A DNA stretch of 63,706 nucleotides, filler included, from Choristocarpus tenellus KU-1152 (taxonomy: Eukaryota; Protista; Phaeophyceae): assembly GCA_964200185.2 (NCBI GenBank). It is 10 parts of 10 records of this genome, joined end to end, with 100 filler letters (N's around TTAATTAATTAA, not from the genome) between each part and the next. Parts side by side here need not be neighbours in the genome. Positions count along the whole stretch, not along the records: positions 1 to 2,776 come from CAXNAD020024848.1; positions 2,877 to 6,908 come from CAXNAD020016580.1; positions 7,009 to 24,006 come from CAXNAD020000738.1; 7 more parts are not named here. One strand, given 5' to 3'. Under the pieces are notes generated by a model, which worked only from the letters and a program-made list of their open reading frames with translations, ran no database searches and was not told where the DNA came from. Positions within the stretch are counted from its first letter, which is position 1. Every line of letters starts with the position of its first letter. A program made the translations under genes and the position numbers. Below are positions 1 through 11,766 of this stretch, one piece after another.

Positions 1-367
1 GGGATGTGATATAATCAGAGTTAAAACCATCTGCGGAAACCCTTGCCAGCCGAGGTAACAAGCCTCTCCACAGAGCATGGACTTCTTTCGTTGATTATCA
101 CATGAAGGAACACTGAATTAACATCAAATCATTCTGGACTGAGCAACCAAGAATACTGAATTCACAGCACACCATTCTTGACTGAGAGATCAATGACCTT
201 AGCTACAAATAGAATAAATACACCGGTGCTTTGCAGCACAATCACATCTATTCACAACATAGACCACGCATATCACTCATCGATGCTTTGCAACACCATG
301 ATTCCTCATCGCTCGTAGTCTGTGCATTTTGCTTACATGTATGATGCATTCGATTCAAGTTTAAACA
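1..367 (+). mobile_element. 3' part of a Copia-type LTR, truncated by the contig start
   Basis: Reverse complement of 810-1175. Ends ...GTTTAAACA and is followed directly by GATTATGGACCTC, which resembles the GGTTATGGGCCC primer-binding site of Copia elements. Confidence 0.7.
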
Positions 368-380
368 GATTATGGACCTC
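368..380 (+). promoter_or_regulatory. Putative primer-binding site of a Copia-like element
   Basis: GATTATGGACCTC immediately after the LTR terminal CA; diverged from the GGTTATGGGCCC consensus. Confidence 0.45.
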
Positions 381-381
381 A

Positions 382-449
382 CATGATTCCCTTTTACAGT
401 CTACACATTTTGCTTACATGTACGGATGCAATCGATTCAGGTTTCAACA
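382..449 (+). repeat. Second diverged LTR-end fragment (element with deleted interior)
   Basis: CATGATTCC...CATTTTGCTTACATGTA...GATTCAGGTTTCAACA is a diverged direct copy of 297-367. Confidence 0.55.
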
Positions 450-809
450 ACCATCGCATATCCTGCTGCCATACATACAGGATTAGCAGTGTTAGAGCCT
501 TTACTATATCACATTTCCTTGTTGAGCGCTGGAAATAAGCATTTTCCGCGTTTCCTGGACGGGTGATATTTTATCAAGGTGCAAGGGCGAGGGAGGACAG
601 GCTTGAGTTGATCGAAAATTGTGTTGATTTCTCGGATGAATGCAGGCGAGGAGAAAACCTTCATCAACTTTGTACGTCTAACCCCAAGTCCAGGAACAAA
701 GAGAACGCACGGCATCTTGCAAGAAGTGGGGGACACCGAACCATTGGTGTGCAAATAGTCTCAATCTCACCTCCTCTTCTTCCCTGGCGTCCTTGTCAAT
801 GGCTACCTC

Positions 810-1569
810 TGTTGAAACTTGAATTGAATGCATCATACATGTAAGCAAAATGCACAGACTACGAGCGATGAGGAATCATGGTGTTGCAAAGCACCGATGA
901 GTGATATGCATAGTATGCGTTATGGATAGATGTGATTGTGCTGCAAAGCACCGGTGTATTTATTCTATTTGTAGCTAAGGTCAATGATCTCTCAGTCAAG
1001 AATGATGTGCTGTGAATTCAGTATTCTTGGTTACTCAGTCCAGAATGATTTGATGTGAATTCAGTGTTCCTTCATGTGATAATCAACGAAAGAAGTCCAT
1101 GCTCTGTGGAGAGGCTTGTTACCTTGGCTGGCAAGGGTTTCCGCAGATGGTTTTAACTCTGATTATATCACATCCCCTGGTGTGCACCTGGTACACTTAT
1201 TGCAGAGTGAGCTTGGTGCATTGTGAAGGATCAATGACAGGCATGAAAGAAATAATAATCAACAATCAACGTACAACTGTCATCTTCTGCTGAGAAGAAG
1301 AAGAAAGAGTGATGAAAAACAAATAAGGGAACAACAGAACAAATTTGAACCAATATGTGATGCAGCTCAAGTGACGTATACTATTCTTGCATGTGGAACG
1401 CTGAGCGACTGTTTCTGTACTACGATGTTCTGATGGCAATTGATGTGGCGATGATGAACTTGTGACAGTAACGTCCAGAGCGTAACAGACCAATCAATAG
1501 TCAGTGTTGACTGGTGGAACTGTATCATCGCGTCAAGCAACAAACAGATGAGTAGCCTATGTTTTAACA
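810..1569 (-). mobile_element. Solo LTR (760 bp) of a Copia-like retrotransposon
   Basis: TGTTGAAAC...GTTTTAACA termini (TG...CA with short inverted ends). Perfect 5-bp TSD ACCTC at 805-809 and 1570-1574. Homologous copies at 1-367 and 58204-59122. Confidence 0.85.
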
Positions 1570-2776
1570 ACCTCCACCTGCTTCGCGACCTCTTCTAAGT
1601 AAAGGATTTGGTGGTAATGAAAAGTCTCCACGGCTGCCTTTGTTACGATCGCTTTCTCTTCCACCTTGTGAGCCTTTTCGAACTTCTTTCGAGCTTTCGA
1701 GCTCTTTTAGCCCAACCCTAACACCTTCTTTCTCGTTTCCTTAAGCTACTCCGGGTCGCACAGCTTCCAAAAACAGTCATGGCTTGCTGCAACAGTCGAC
1801 TACTAAGGTATTCTACACCCAGGTTTTCGCTTAGGTGTTTCCTGAGCACAATGGCACGCAGTCACACTGCTCTCTTCCCCAACCTTCCCTTCGGGTGGCC
1901 ACTCTGATTCTCTCTTTGCCCGCCGCGACCAGGCTTCCCCACAGACTTCGTCACTGTACCTCCTGGTGATGGACTCGCCGCTCTCTTCCTGTTTCCCGAA
2001 GGTGGCAGAGACTGCAGAGCAGTTCTCCGTCGTGGTTAAGGACCCAACCATGTTTGTGTGGTGATGCTTTCAATGCATCTTCTCTCAGCGTCAGTGTTGC
2101 AACCGCGTGATCCATTTCGCGATTTGATCACGCTGCTGTGCCACACTACTCGCACTTTCTCGTTACCTAACATTGCACTGAGTCTCTCATGGTACTTGTT
2201 TTTCTGGCCCCTCTCGACAGAGAAGGTGCCGAGGGTAGATCCAGAGGGAAGAGTGGCCTCGGCTCTCCTTGTTTCACCGTAGTGTTCATGTTGTTGTGTA
2301 AGTCACGTGTTTGTGTGGTCACAGAAAGTCTACAAAAAGGCGTTAAAAAGTTGTCGGGATAAAAAGATGTCGGGAAAAAAATGTCAGGAAATCTTGGGGG
2401 GTTTTTCTGCTTTTTTTCTCCTTTTTTTTCATGGTAGGGGTAGGGTCGGATCAGTCAAACTTGGACAACGACCTATTCTGAAGGGAGTTCAGCCAACCAA
2501 CCACTTCATTTTTGTACGTTTTGAAGTCTTGACTTGAAAGTTGCTCTGTATAATTCCCCGCGTTTTTTCCATTTGTCGGGACATACTTCCCATTCACCGA
2601 AGTTGGTACATTCCTCCATACAAACCTTCAAAAGTTCTTGCAATACCCTTTTACTTGATATTGTATATTTGTTGCGGCGATATAGTAATGTCAGGGACCG
2701 GTTCTTTTTTTTGGATCTCCGACACACACACTTGTGCGTAAGACGCGCGGTCATATACAATTGCGCGCGCCAACCA

Positions 2777-2876
2777 NNNNNNNNNNNNNNNNNNNNNNNN
2801 NNNNNNNNNNNNNNNNNNNNTTAATTAATTAANNNNNNNNNNNNNNNNNNNNNNNNNNNNNNNNNNNNNNNNNNNN
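2777..2876. other. Artificial contig linker (N-run + TTAATTAATTAA + N-run)
   Basis: The same ~100-nt spacer with stops in all six frames recurs at about 6909-7008, 24007-24105, 30757-30856, 36038-36137, 47186-47285, 52456-52555, 57903-58002 and 60788-60887. Confidence 0.97.
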
Positions 2877-2900
2877 GGGGGGGGGGGGGGGGGGGGGGGT

Positions 2901-2931
<31 letters not shown>

Positions 2932-2943
2932 CGAGGGGGGGGG

Positions 2944-5900
2944 TAAGGCCAGTTAAGAGGATGGGGGATGGAAGCAACTTTAAGTTGACAACGGGAAAGT
3001 CCATGTTGTCGGTGGGGTTGGCTGATGCTATCAAGAAGACCAGGCAGGAGATTGATGAGCAGGAGGGAATAGAGCCGGTGTTAATGCCATGGGAGGACAA
3101 GGCTGTGATGGACTGGGGAGGGGGCTTTGCTAGGGTGCTTAACCCGGGGTTGGAGAAGGATTCCAAGGAGTACAGCAAGACTCAAGAGCTGGCAGAGGCT
3201 AAGTACAGGTGCTGTGTTTGGGGGATAGGGGAAGAGTCAGGGCGGGCCTTGACGTACTGAGTGAGAGTAGCTCTTTTTTTTGAAGTCGTTTTAGGGTTAG
3301 GGTTAGGGTTAGGGTTAGGGTAGTTATGAAGGTAGTGGGATGTACGTGTTTGACCAGACCAAGTCTGTCAAGAATTAACAGCTTGTATGCTACAGAGGTT
3401 TGAAGACTGTATTGTGCTTCATATATTTTTTCCCAAGTGACTTGCTACTTTGCTTTGTTGTAATGTGATGTGACTAGAGGTCATGCGGAATTGTGATGTC
3501 TATGTTTACAGTATTTGAATTGTAGTTACATCCTTTAGTGGACTTAGTTGATCTTCTATTTTGTGACCATTGTGTAGTTACATCCTTTAGTGGACGTAGT
3601 TGATCTTTTTTTTTGTGACCATTGTGTAGTTACATCCTTTAGTGGACGTAGTTGATCTTTTTTTTTGTGACCATTGTGCAATACGCCTTCCAGGTATGTT
3701 GTATCCTGTCAGGTGTTTGGAAAAATGCAAAAGTCTAAGAAATCTGCTGAGAAGGCCAAGGGGGATGAGATTGTGATGCTAGCAAGGATGAACCCTGGAC
3801 TGCGGATTGCGTATGAGGATGAGGTGGATGGAGAGTACTACTCAGTTCTATCCAAGTACAGCATGAAGGATCGAGGCATGGTGGTGGAATACCGTGTTAA
3901 GGTTAGAGTTAGAGTTAGGGTTAGGGTTAGGGTTAGACTCTCACTACATCCTTCTTTGTCATTGGTTGCTGGGTGGGAAGAAATAAAAGAAATTGGGGGG
4001 TTGGAACTAACTAGGTTGTTAAAAAGGTTATTAACTAAGTTACTAACTAGGTTATTCAAGCGGGGGTCGTAAGAGTTTCTTGTGAAATTTATTTTATTTT
4101 ATGAAGTTTGAAGTGTAGTAAGGGAGTACATTTTTATCATGTGGGTTTATATTATATTTCTCCATTTTATTTCTTGATTTGATTTATCTGTTTTTCTTTA
4201 CTTGAAATTTCAATACCTATTTTTCTATTTTTTCTTAGAAGTGAATATTTTTCTGTGAGGTGTTATTTCCTCAGGTAGATAATAATTGGTAGATAATATT
4301 TTTTATTGTTGTGGTTGAAAGAAAAAAGTGGTAACAGACATGGTGTAACTTCACCTTTTTGTTACTATCATCACTATTATTTATTATTTATTGTATTTAT
4401 AGTGTGTCATCCTCTATCGTGTTGAGACGACTCTTGATATTCTTTTTCATCCCGGGTAGTGCTACGGAGTCATAGTAGTAGCGCTCTGGAGCTTTTGTCT
4501 ACATTACTGTTGTTGGTGCCAATTGCTGTGATGCCCTTTTTGATCGTAGTATAGTGTATGTACATACAAGGAAGGTTGTTCCTCTTTGGAATGACCCTGT
4601 GTTATACAGGTGTTATACAGGTGAAGAGAATGTTCGCCTCAAGATCGTCCACCCACCAATCATCATTCTTTGATCTGATTTTTTTTTTTAATGTGAGAGC
4701 CGGTGTGTATTTAAACTCTGCATACTTGAGTCATGCCCATTTTGACTCACCTTGTTTATTATTTTTTATTCAGCTCCCAGGCAAGATTGTAGTTGGGGAG
4801 GGGAAGCCCAGCAACCAAAACCATGCCATCATCTTCACAAGGGGAGAGGCTATACAGGCTATCGACATGAACCAGGATGCTGCTCTGGAAGATGCCATCA
4901 AACTCCGACAGGTGTGTTGTTGTGTGTGAAGATAGAAGTAGTGCAATTTTTACTATATATTCTCTTTTTATCTTTTTGGGTGACATAGAATATATATTAT
5001 AGAATGCATATTATAGGGTTAGGGAGTCTTTTCCTTTTTTTAGAGTAAATTTGATTGGATTGTTATTATTGTGCTACAAGTATGTTACAAGTACTTTTCT
5101 CAAAGGGATACAACAACAGCCACACCTGGCTTGAACACCTACCTGTGCACTGACTGTAGATACAGGCATTTGAGTTAGGGTTAGGGTTAGGGTTGAGATT
5201 TTTTCTTCCATCAAACTTGAAGGTGCAGAAAAGAACAGATATGATGCCTGCCTAGCTAGAACTGGGCAATTGTATACCATGAACCCTAACCCTAACTCTA
5301 ACCCTATAGGTTATGGAGGAGTTTGGTTTCTCTAAGAGGGGTACTACCCGTGGCAACAATCTTGGTCGGATTGTTGGCTTCCGTGAACACGTCTTCACCC
5401 ATAATGTCAGCTCTGTGGCCAACTTCTTCAGTCTGCAGGAACTCAACTTTGTTTCCGCCACCCAACGTGCCCTAGATAACCCTCTTCATGTAAGAAACTA
5501 AAATTGAAATAGAATAGATAACCCTCTTCATGTAAGAAACTAAATTTGAAATATAATAGATAAACTAATACTATTGATACTTCGCTGTGGACATGTGTGT
5601 GGTATGGGTATGGGTATGGGTATGGGTGAAGGATTCCAAGAGAGTACAAGCTTTTTTGGTGAGGTGTTTCATGTATTGTGTGCTTCAGACCTTACGGAAT
5701 AGTTTCAACCTAAAAATAACAAAGGCGTTTTTCATGGGAAAGACAAGATTATTTGATATTGTTATTTGATATCATTATTTGATACTTTATTTTTATAGTT
5801 ATTCAATATAGTTATTTAATACATGTCTCTTCCAACTCCTTGTGAGAAATTTTAACTAAGGGTTAGGGTTAGGGTTAGGAATGGTGTTAAATGCATTTTG

Positions 5901-6442
5901 GGGATAGGGTCAGGCATAGGTACGTCACTGTACTGAAGTGGTTAGAATTAGGGTGTTTAGTGTTTAGTGTGAGTTTGTTTGATATGAACGATATGTTGAA
6001 TGGTCACTGAAAGCTATCCTCAAGATACAAATTGATGCAATACCCCCACCATTACACACCCACAACCAAGCGTTTTTAATGTGAAATTATTATTTATTAT
6101 TATAATATTTTATATTTATTATTATAATATTTTATTATTTATGATACGGTGTATTTTTATTTATTTTTATAGTTCATATCCTATTTGAAACGAATTTCTC
6201 GAGGAATGAAATTTTGACATTCAATTCTTTCTGTACTCATTTGCCCCCCCCCCTTCCCCTGCTGTTGTATTGTTTAGATCCGTTTTCACTATGGTCATCC
6301 TGACCTATTTGATCGTATGACAGCCATCACCATGGGAGGTGTCAGCAAGTGCTCCAAGGGCATCCACCTTTCAGAGGACATCTTTGCAGGCTTCAACTAT
6401 GTTCTCAGGGGTGGGGAGGCTACACAGTCAGATTACATCCAG
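2944..6442 (+). CDS. 1,3-beta-glucan synthase / callose synthase (GT48, FKS/GSL family), partial, catalytic region
   Basis: Phase-consistent exons <2944-3208, 3694-3901, 4774-4911, 5310-5489, 6278-6442. They give AKYR|YVVSCQVFG..LRIAY..YYSVL, LPGKIVVGEGKPSNQNHAIIFTRGEAIQAIDMNQD, IVGFREHVFT..QE..FVS..QR.L.NPL, RFHYGHPDLFDR..GGVSK.SKGIHLSEDIFAGFN..LRGG, all hallmark GT48 motifs. Confidence 0.95.
3291..3320 (+). repeat. Interstitial telomeric repeat (TTAGGG)5 in an intron
   Basis: Seen directly. Other tracts at about 3902-3936, 5172-5194, 5283-5305 (C-strand), 5858-5878, 6746-6772, 52943-52958, 61383-61417, 61978-61998, 62437-62455 and 63567-63585. Confidence 0.9.
3521..3678. repeat. Minisatellite, ~52-bp unit x3, abutting a splice acceptor
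   Basis: TGTAGTTACATCCTTTAGTGGAC(T/G)TAGTTGATCTT(T)nGTGACCATTG repeated three times. Confidence 0.9.
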
Positions 6443-7008
6443 GCATGCTTTTGTTTCATTTACTGGACTTGTTGTAAACGCCATGTTGCTTCTGGGGACT
6501 CCTTGGGGTAGAGTTTTGTTTAGTTTCCACTGATGGTTTTTTATTGGAGGAAAGAGACTAGAGTGTTTTTATTGGTGGTTGTGATGTCGTGGTAATTCTG
6601 ATTGGTTGAAGATAAACAACAGGTACACTTCTAACCTTGCCAAGCGTGTGTGTAACCATGTTATGGCACTGTCATCCAGATTTGTAGGTCTGCCAAAATT
6701 TGATGTATTAGTTTTTTATTAATTTTGTTCCTATTTCCTGTTGCGGTTAGGGTTAGGGTTAGGGTTAGGGTTAAGAGGACTATGGAAGTATAGCATCTCA
6801 GTTCTCTATGTATCTATGCATCTATGTACATTGTGAAGACAGTGTGACCCTTGAAGGAGGGGGGGGGGGGCAGTTTTGACTGCAGGACGGTGTAAACGCG
6901 TATAAACCNNNNNNNNNNNNNNNNNNNNNNNNNNNNNNNNNNNNNNNNNNNNTTAATTAATTAANNNNNNNNNNNNNNNNNNNNNNNNNNNNNNNNNNNN
7001 NNNNNNNN

Positions 7009-9410
7009 AGGTTGCCTTTCAGTATGAAGGCCCTGATGGACCCAGGGTGAGGGGTCACAGGCATATCTGAGAGCCTGGAAAAAAAATGCAGCGGCATTTT
7101 GGTGGAGCAGTGCTGACGAAGCCCCTCCACCAGCCCTTCCCGGTGAAGATAGCAAATCGTTTGTCTGAGACCATTGAGAAGGTGACATGTCCCTTAAATG
7201 TGGCACTTGACTCAGGCTATGGGCCCGTGGTGGTGAGAAATATTGTCTTGGCAGTTATATCGGGTAATGATGATGTGTTGATTGTGGGCAGCAAGACATT
7301 GCGAGACGTCTTAGGCTTTGACATGAAGCAATGCTTCAAGGAGGCGGCTTGAAGGAAGACAGAACTGCATATCGCAGGTCTGGAACAAGATATTACTTTC
7401 ACTCAGCGTGTAAGTGTTAGCGTGGAGGTGGTGCAGGAGAGCATGGGGACTGCTCATCTGGACAGAGGCGATGACTCCGTCTCTACGCTACTGGAGCAAG
7501 GCCCTGAGCTCACGGTGGACCCTGCAGAGGAGGACAAAAAACGGAACTTGGCCTTAGAAACCTCCTTCCAGGAGGCACAACAGGCCGGGATGCCCTTGGG
7601 TGCCTACAACAAGTGATAGCAACCCGGACCAATGTGTTCTGGATGTTGTTGGGGTGTGACCCTCCTGCCAAGGTGGAGCCCATTAGGGTGGTGCTGAAGG
7701 AAGGGGCGACTCCTGTGAAGACCAGACCCAGGGCGTCCCATCCGAAGCGACAGAGCTGGATGTCAGGATTTGTGGGCCTGCTGGTCGTACTGGGGATGCT
7801 GAGGTGGACCCCACGGGATGTATGGAGCAACCCATGATTGCCTTTGCCCAAGGCTGAGGTGCAGGGCTGCCGGCTGGTGACGGATTTCAGCGCAGTGAAC
7901 ATGGTCTCACAGGCAGTGGAGCTCTCACACCCCAGGGAGGAGTGTGCTGTGGTGATGTCTCCAGATGCTTCTGACAAGCACCGGTGGTGTTTTGTTACAG
8001 AGATCACTCAGGTAGAGCTGAATGGAGGTGCGGCAGTGGAAAAAATGAACCATGAGCCATGAACCGCTGGTATTCCTGAGTAGTTCTTTCTGGGGGTCAC
8101 AGCTACGCTGGATCACGGTGGATAATGCGGCGTTTGCGTTTGCCATGGTGGGGACTTACCGGCGCCTGGAATGGGTGCTCTGGCAGGTGGCCCACATATT
8201 TTGTGACCATTGCAATCTCGCACATATCTCTTAGCCATCCTTGTGTGGCACAGATCTGTCCAAGGCCACTGCTCAACGTCTTTTGCATTGGGTCATGTTC
8301 CTGGGACAGTACAACCACACCATCCAGCACATGGCTGGAGAACGGAACTGCTGGGGGGACTTGTTGTCCAGGTGGACTGATGTCCCTGCAGTGTCGGTGT
8401 GAACCGTAGCCGTGTCTACGGAGGTACAGGGAGAGGACACCCCGCAATGGAGAGTGGTGGTGCATGAGGCACAAGTAGTAGCCAGCAAGGCCCTAGGGGG
8501 TGTGACGATGCACACAAGCGGAGGATTTATGACCTCTGCTTACCGTGTACATCAAGACCAGGATGGCATGATGCGGGGGTGGGTGGTTAGAAAATTGCCC
8601 CACTGTGGATACCTGATGAGGCAAAGGATCTGCAGACACGCCTGATGGTGTGTGCACACATGGGTGAAGGTGGGCACCGTGGCAAGGCAGCAATGGTGCA
8701 GCGGCTAAAGGGGTTGCGGTCTTATGCAGACAGGGAGGTGAATGTGACCACGGAGATGAAGCAAACATTCCAGTGCGTGCATAACCAGGGTGAATTTGAA
8801 ATGTCTGATATTCTAGGGTAGAAGGGTATGAATACCAGGTTTTGGTGGATTGGTTGCGGTTTAGTGAGGACGAGAGGACATGGGAGCCACTCTCTCTCTT
8901 CCATTTTAGAGGATGCCCCTGTCTTTCTATGTGAACAGTTGAAGGAGCTGAAGTTGCATGTGCAAGTGCGCAATGCGATTGGGCGGCAGTACAAGATGGA
9001 CATTTGAGTTGGATATTGTATGGTGTTCTTTGTCGAGCTGGCAGTTTTTCTACTATTGGTAGCATGCTTGGCTCTGGGGGTGTTGTAGACACAGCATGGA
9101 GGGTTTTCCTAACATAGCTAAGGCATTTGCATTATATGATGTTTGGAGCATGCGTGGTCCTTGACAGGACCTATGCTCACTCCTTGAACAAATAACAGAG
9201 CTGTACACCCCAACGTGGGGTGAAGTCCTTACGAGCCATCGTAGGTCAGTTCCTGCGGTTGAACTGTCTATAGGCTTGGTTGTAAGATCCTCCAGTTTAA
9301 TGCCCATTTTCCTGTTGATTTTTCTTTGTATTTGGTCTAGGCAGGGGGGTATAAAAGGAAGGAGCACTAAAATGAAGGAAATTGCCCTTGCACATGACAC
9401 CTTGACTAAC
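7009..9410 (+). mobile_element. Decayed Ty3/Gypsy LTR-retrotransposon pol (protease - partial RT - RNase H - integrase)
   Basis: Protease-like GNDDVLIVGSKTLRDVLG. RT N-terminus DPPAKVEPIRVVLKEGATPV..RLVTDFSAVN. RNase H HEPLVFLS..F.GSQLRW.TVD...IFCDHCNL. Downstream integrase-like remnants. Many stops and frameshifts; the RT core is deleted. Confidence 0.85.
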
Positions 9411-10811
9411 ATGACCTGAGCTCACCACAAGGTTACACAGGCCCCAAATAGGATACTATGCGCCTGTATTGTATGACGCGGAGAAGTTGAACGGCACAAC
9501 CAATGTCAAAGTGTGTACAGTTGACAAGTGGGTTGTGCATGGGATGGACAGTGGTTGCTGACATGTAATAGAGGTAAGTTGGAAGTTGATCCTGTCCTGC
9601 AGAGGTATGAGAAATGATGTGAGGCATAATACACAATTGAATTTGCCTACACTATGCCATGGCCCATACTTCCATGAACAAATGTACATCAGTAACGCAT
9701 ACCAAGCATATCACCCTAACAACAATATCAAATGTGATACTGATACTTCTGCTCAGCAATTGGATCTCAACCGCAAACTCCGCCAGTAGCTCTAGCAGTG
9801 GTGTGATCGACACAGAGTGCAAGTCCCAAGACAAATTAGTATTTCAGTGACAGTACATTAAGCATTCAATAATGTCCTGTGCATACGATATGTTATGTAA
9901 TCAATGTTGATTGCTGCGCCTCATAAGAGCTAGCATTGACAGAGGGGTGACATCATTCATCACACTATCATCCTAGAACAACAAGCAACGAATGCAGGTA
10001 CTGACTACTGCTGTATGTAATTCCATCAGTAGTAATTAAAGATTTTTACATGGTTTCTTCTTTCCTCTTTAATCACAAGGTAAGATTTGTACCCGATTGA
10101 TCTTTCCTCATGAATCACAATGTAACGTCATATTATGTAGAACAAGATGAGATAGGGATAGATCAGTAATACACAATTGTCTTCGCTGGACACATAGGGA
10201 CAAATGACTTATAGTATACATGTCGATCAAACGGTGGAGACATATCATATCTGTACATCATTCCTCAACGCTGAGTTGTAGTCAGTACGTGATTTGTGGT
10301 ACGAAATATCCCCTGGATAGAAATTGCATCTTCACCACTCCTTCAATCTTCACACAAAAATATTTGTACATATGATTTTCCCACTGATTTGTTGTGAAGC
10401 ACAAATGAGATAGATAAATCATGACTTCTTCGATATGTGGGTACTTCTTTTCTGCAATTGGACTTCTTCTGCAACCTGCAGCTCGGCCGTGTACTATTCG
10501 CTGTGCTTCGGCAGTACCAGGAGGAGTACAACAATGGTGGACTGCATCTTGGCGGGACCCATTGGGGTTGTGCTAAGTGAAAAGGAGAAGGAGAACATTC
10601 CCCACCAATCAGCCAGAGTGCTTGAGCAGCGCATGGAGGAAAGGTTCAAGGGGGGGCTGTGTGTTGTGTGCCTGGGAGTAAAGAGTTGGAAAAGCTTCAG
10701 CGGCCCCAGGAGAAAAGAGTCAAGGGGGGCTGTTGCTGTCTGGGTAGAAGGGGTGAGCTTTGACAGGGGGGGGCAAGGAATACCTTTAAAAAAAATGTTG
10801 GTCGGGATGGG

Positions 10812-11766
10812 ATCAGCATGCACGCGTACCTGTGGGGTCTGAGCATATTGTTGACCTTCCATTGGCTAGTTGTGAAATGTCCAAAGGAAATGAAGGCATC
10901 ACAGGCCAGGCAGGGCACCACAGGCTAGACAGCTACAAAGAAACGACATTTTACGGCCAACCATCTCCTCAATGATGCTGAACGAATAGGAAAGAAGAGA
11001 AGATAAGAGAAAGGAAAGTGGGTTCAAACAAAAAACTTCAAATATCCATTGTTGCAAGTCTTCCAATAGCTGCTATTATCTCCATCATCAACTCCGTTCT
11101 AGTCGTTGTGCAGTAGTAGTAGTTGCAGTAGTTGCAGTAGAACAGTAGTGTCCTGACAGTTCGTAAACACATCCGTCCAATTATCAAACACTATTACTGT
11201 TGTCATTACCACTACCTTTGCTACGACTAAAAAAAAACAAAAAAAACATCACTACTACTCTTACTACTATCACATACATGATGTGAGAACACACAGATTC
11301 CAGAAAAGGGAGGCAATGCATCAAAGTCAGACATCACACAGACATACACACGATACTGGCAAACTATCACATCTCTCTCTGCAAGGTTTTCTTGTTCCAC
11401 CTCAGGAATTAAGTCCACTTCACTTCAAATTTCCACATCTATTTGTACATTCTCTCAATGTGGTCAGAAAAGGTTGACTCTGAATATAAAAACGTTGTTG
11501 GTGCTGGATGACAATCTTCTGGAAGAACAAGATGTGAACAATAACGAAGTCAGAGAGTACACAATTCCAGAGCACATAAATGTATGTATGTACATCAAAT
11601 GTATTATACAGTACATCTATTCTTAGTGGTACTCGCTACAGTTCCAACACCCGTACCACAACGCACAGCCCCTACTACTACAGGCGGTAAGGAGTGTGGT
11701 TTTACGACCAACAATATATTGCTCAAGGAAATAATCTTTGCAGTTGGGACGAGTTTGAAGTGACCA
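10812..11766 (+). repeat. Left copy of a ~950-bp diverged inverted repeat
   Basis: Collinear blocks match the reverse complement of 21351-22270: CAGCATGCA..TACCTGTG, GTTGACCTT..ATCACAGGCCAGG, CACAGATT.CAGAAAAGGGAG.CAATGCAT, CATCTATT.TTAGTGGTACT.GCTACAGTTCCAACAC, GTTTGAAGTGACCA. Confidence 0.85.

Noticed and set aside
1-1175. Single foldback transposon with 370-bp TIRs
   Set aside because: The right arm is part of a 760-bp TG..CA LTR with its own 5-bp TSD.
2777-2876. Recurrent TTAATTAATTAA palindrome between N-runs, and ORFs crossing it
   Set aside because: Artificial concatenation linker, not biological. Gene neighbourhoods across linkers are meaningless.
2877-2943. Poly-G run (also 47099-47123) and the poly-Pro ORF 2825-3178
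   Set aside because: Contig-edge homopolymer, likely a sequencing or assembly artefact. The ORF is antisense to the glucan synthase exon.
3902-4072. VRVRVRVR / LTLTLT peptides in the ORF track
   Set aside because: Translations of intronic telomeric repeats past the splice donor.
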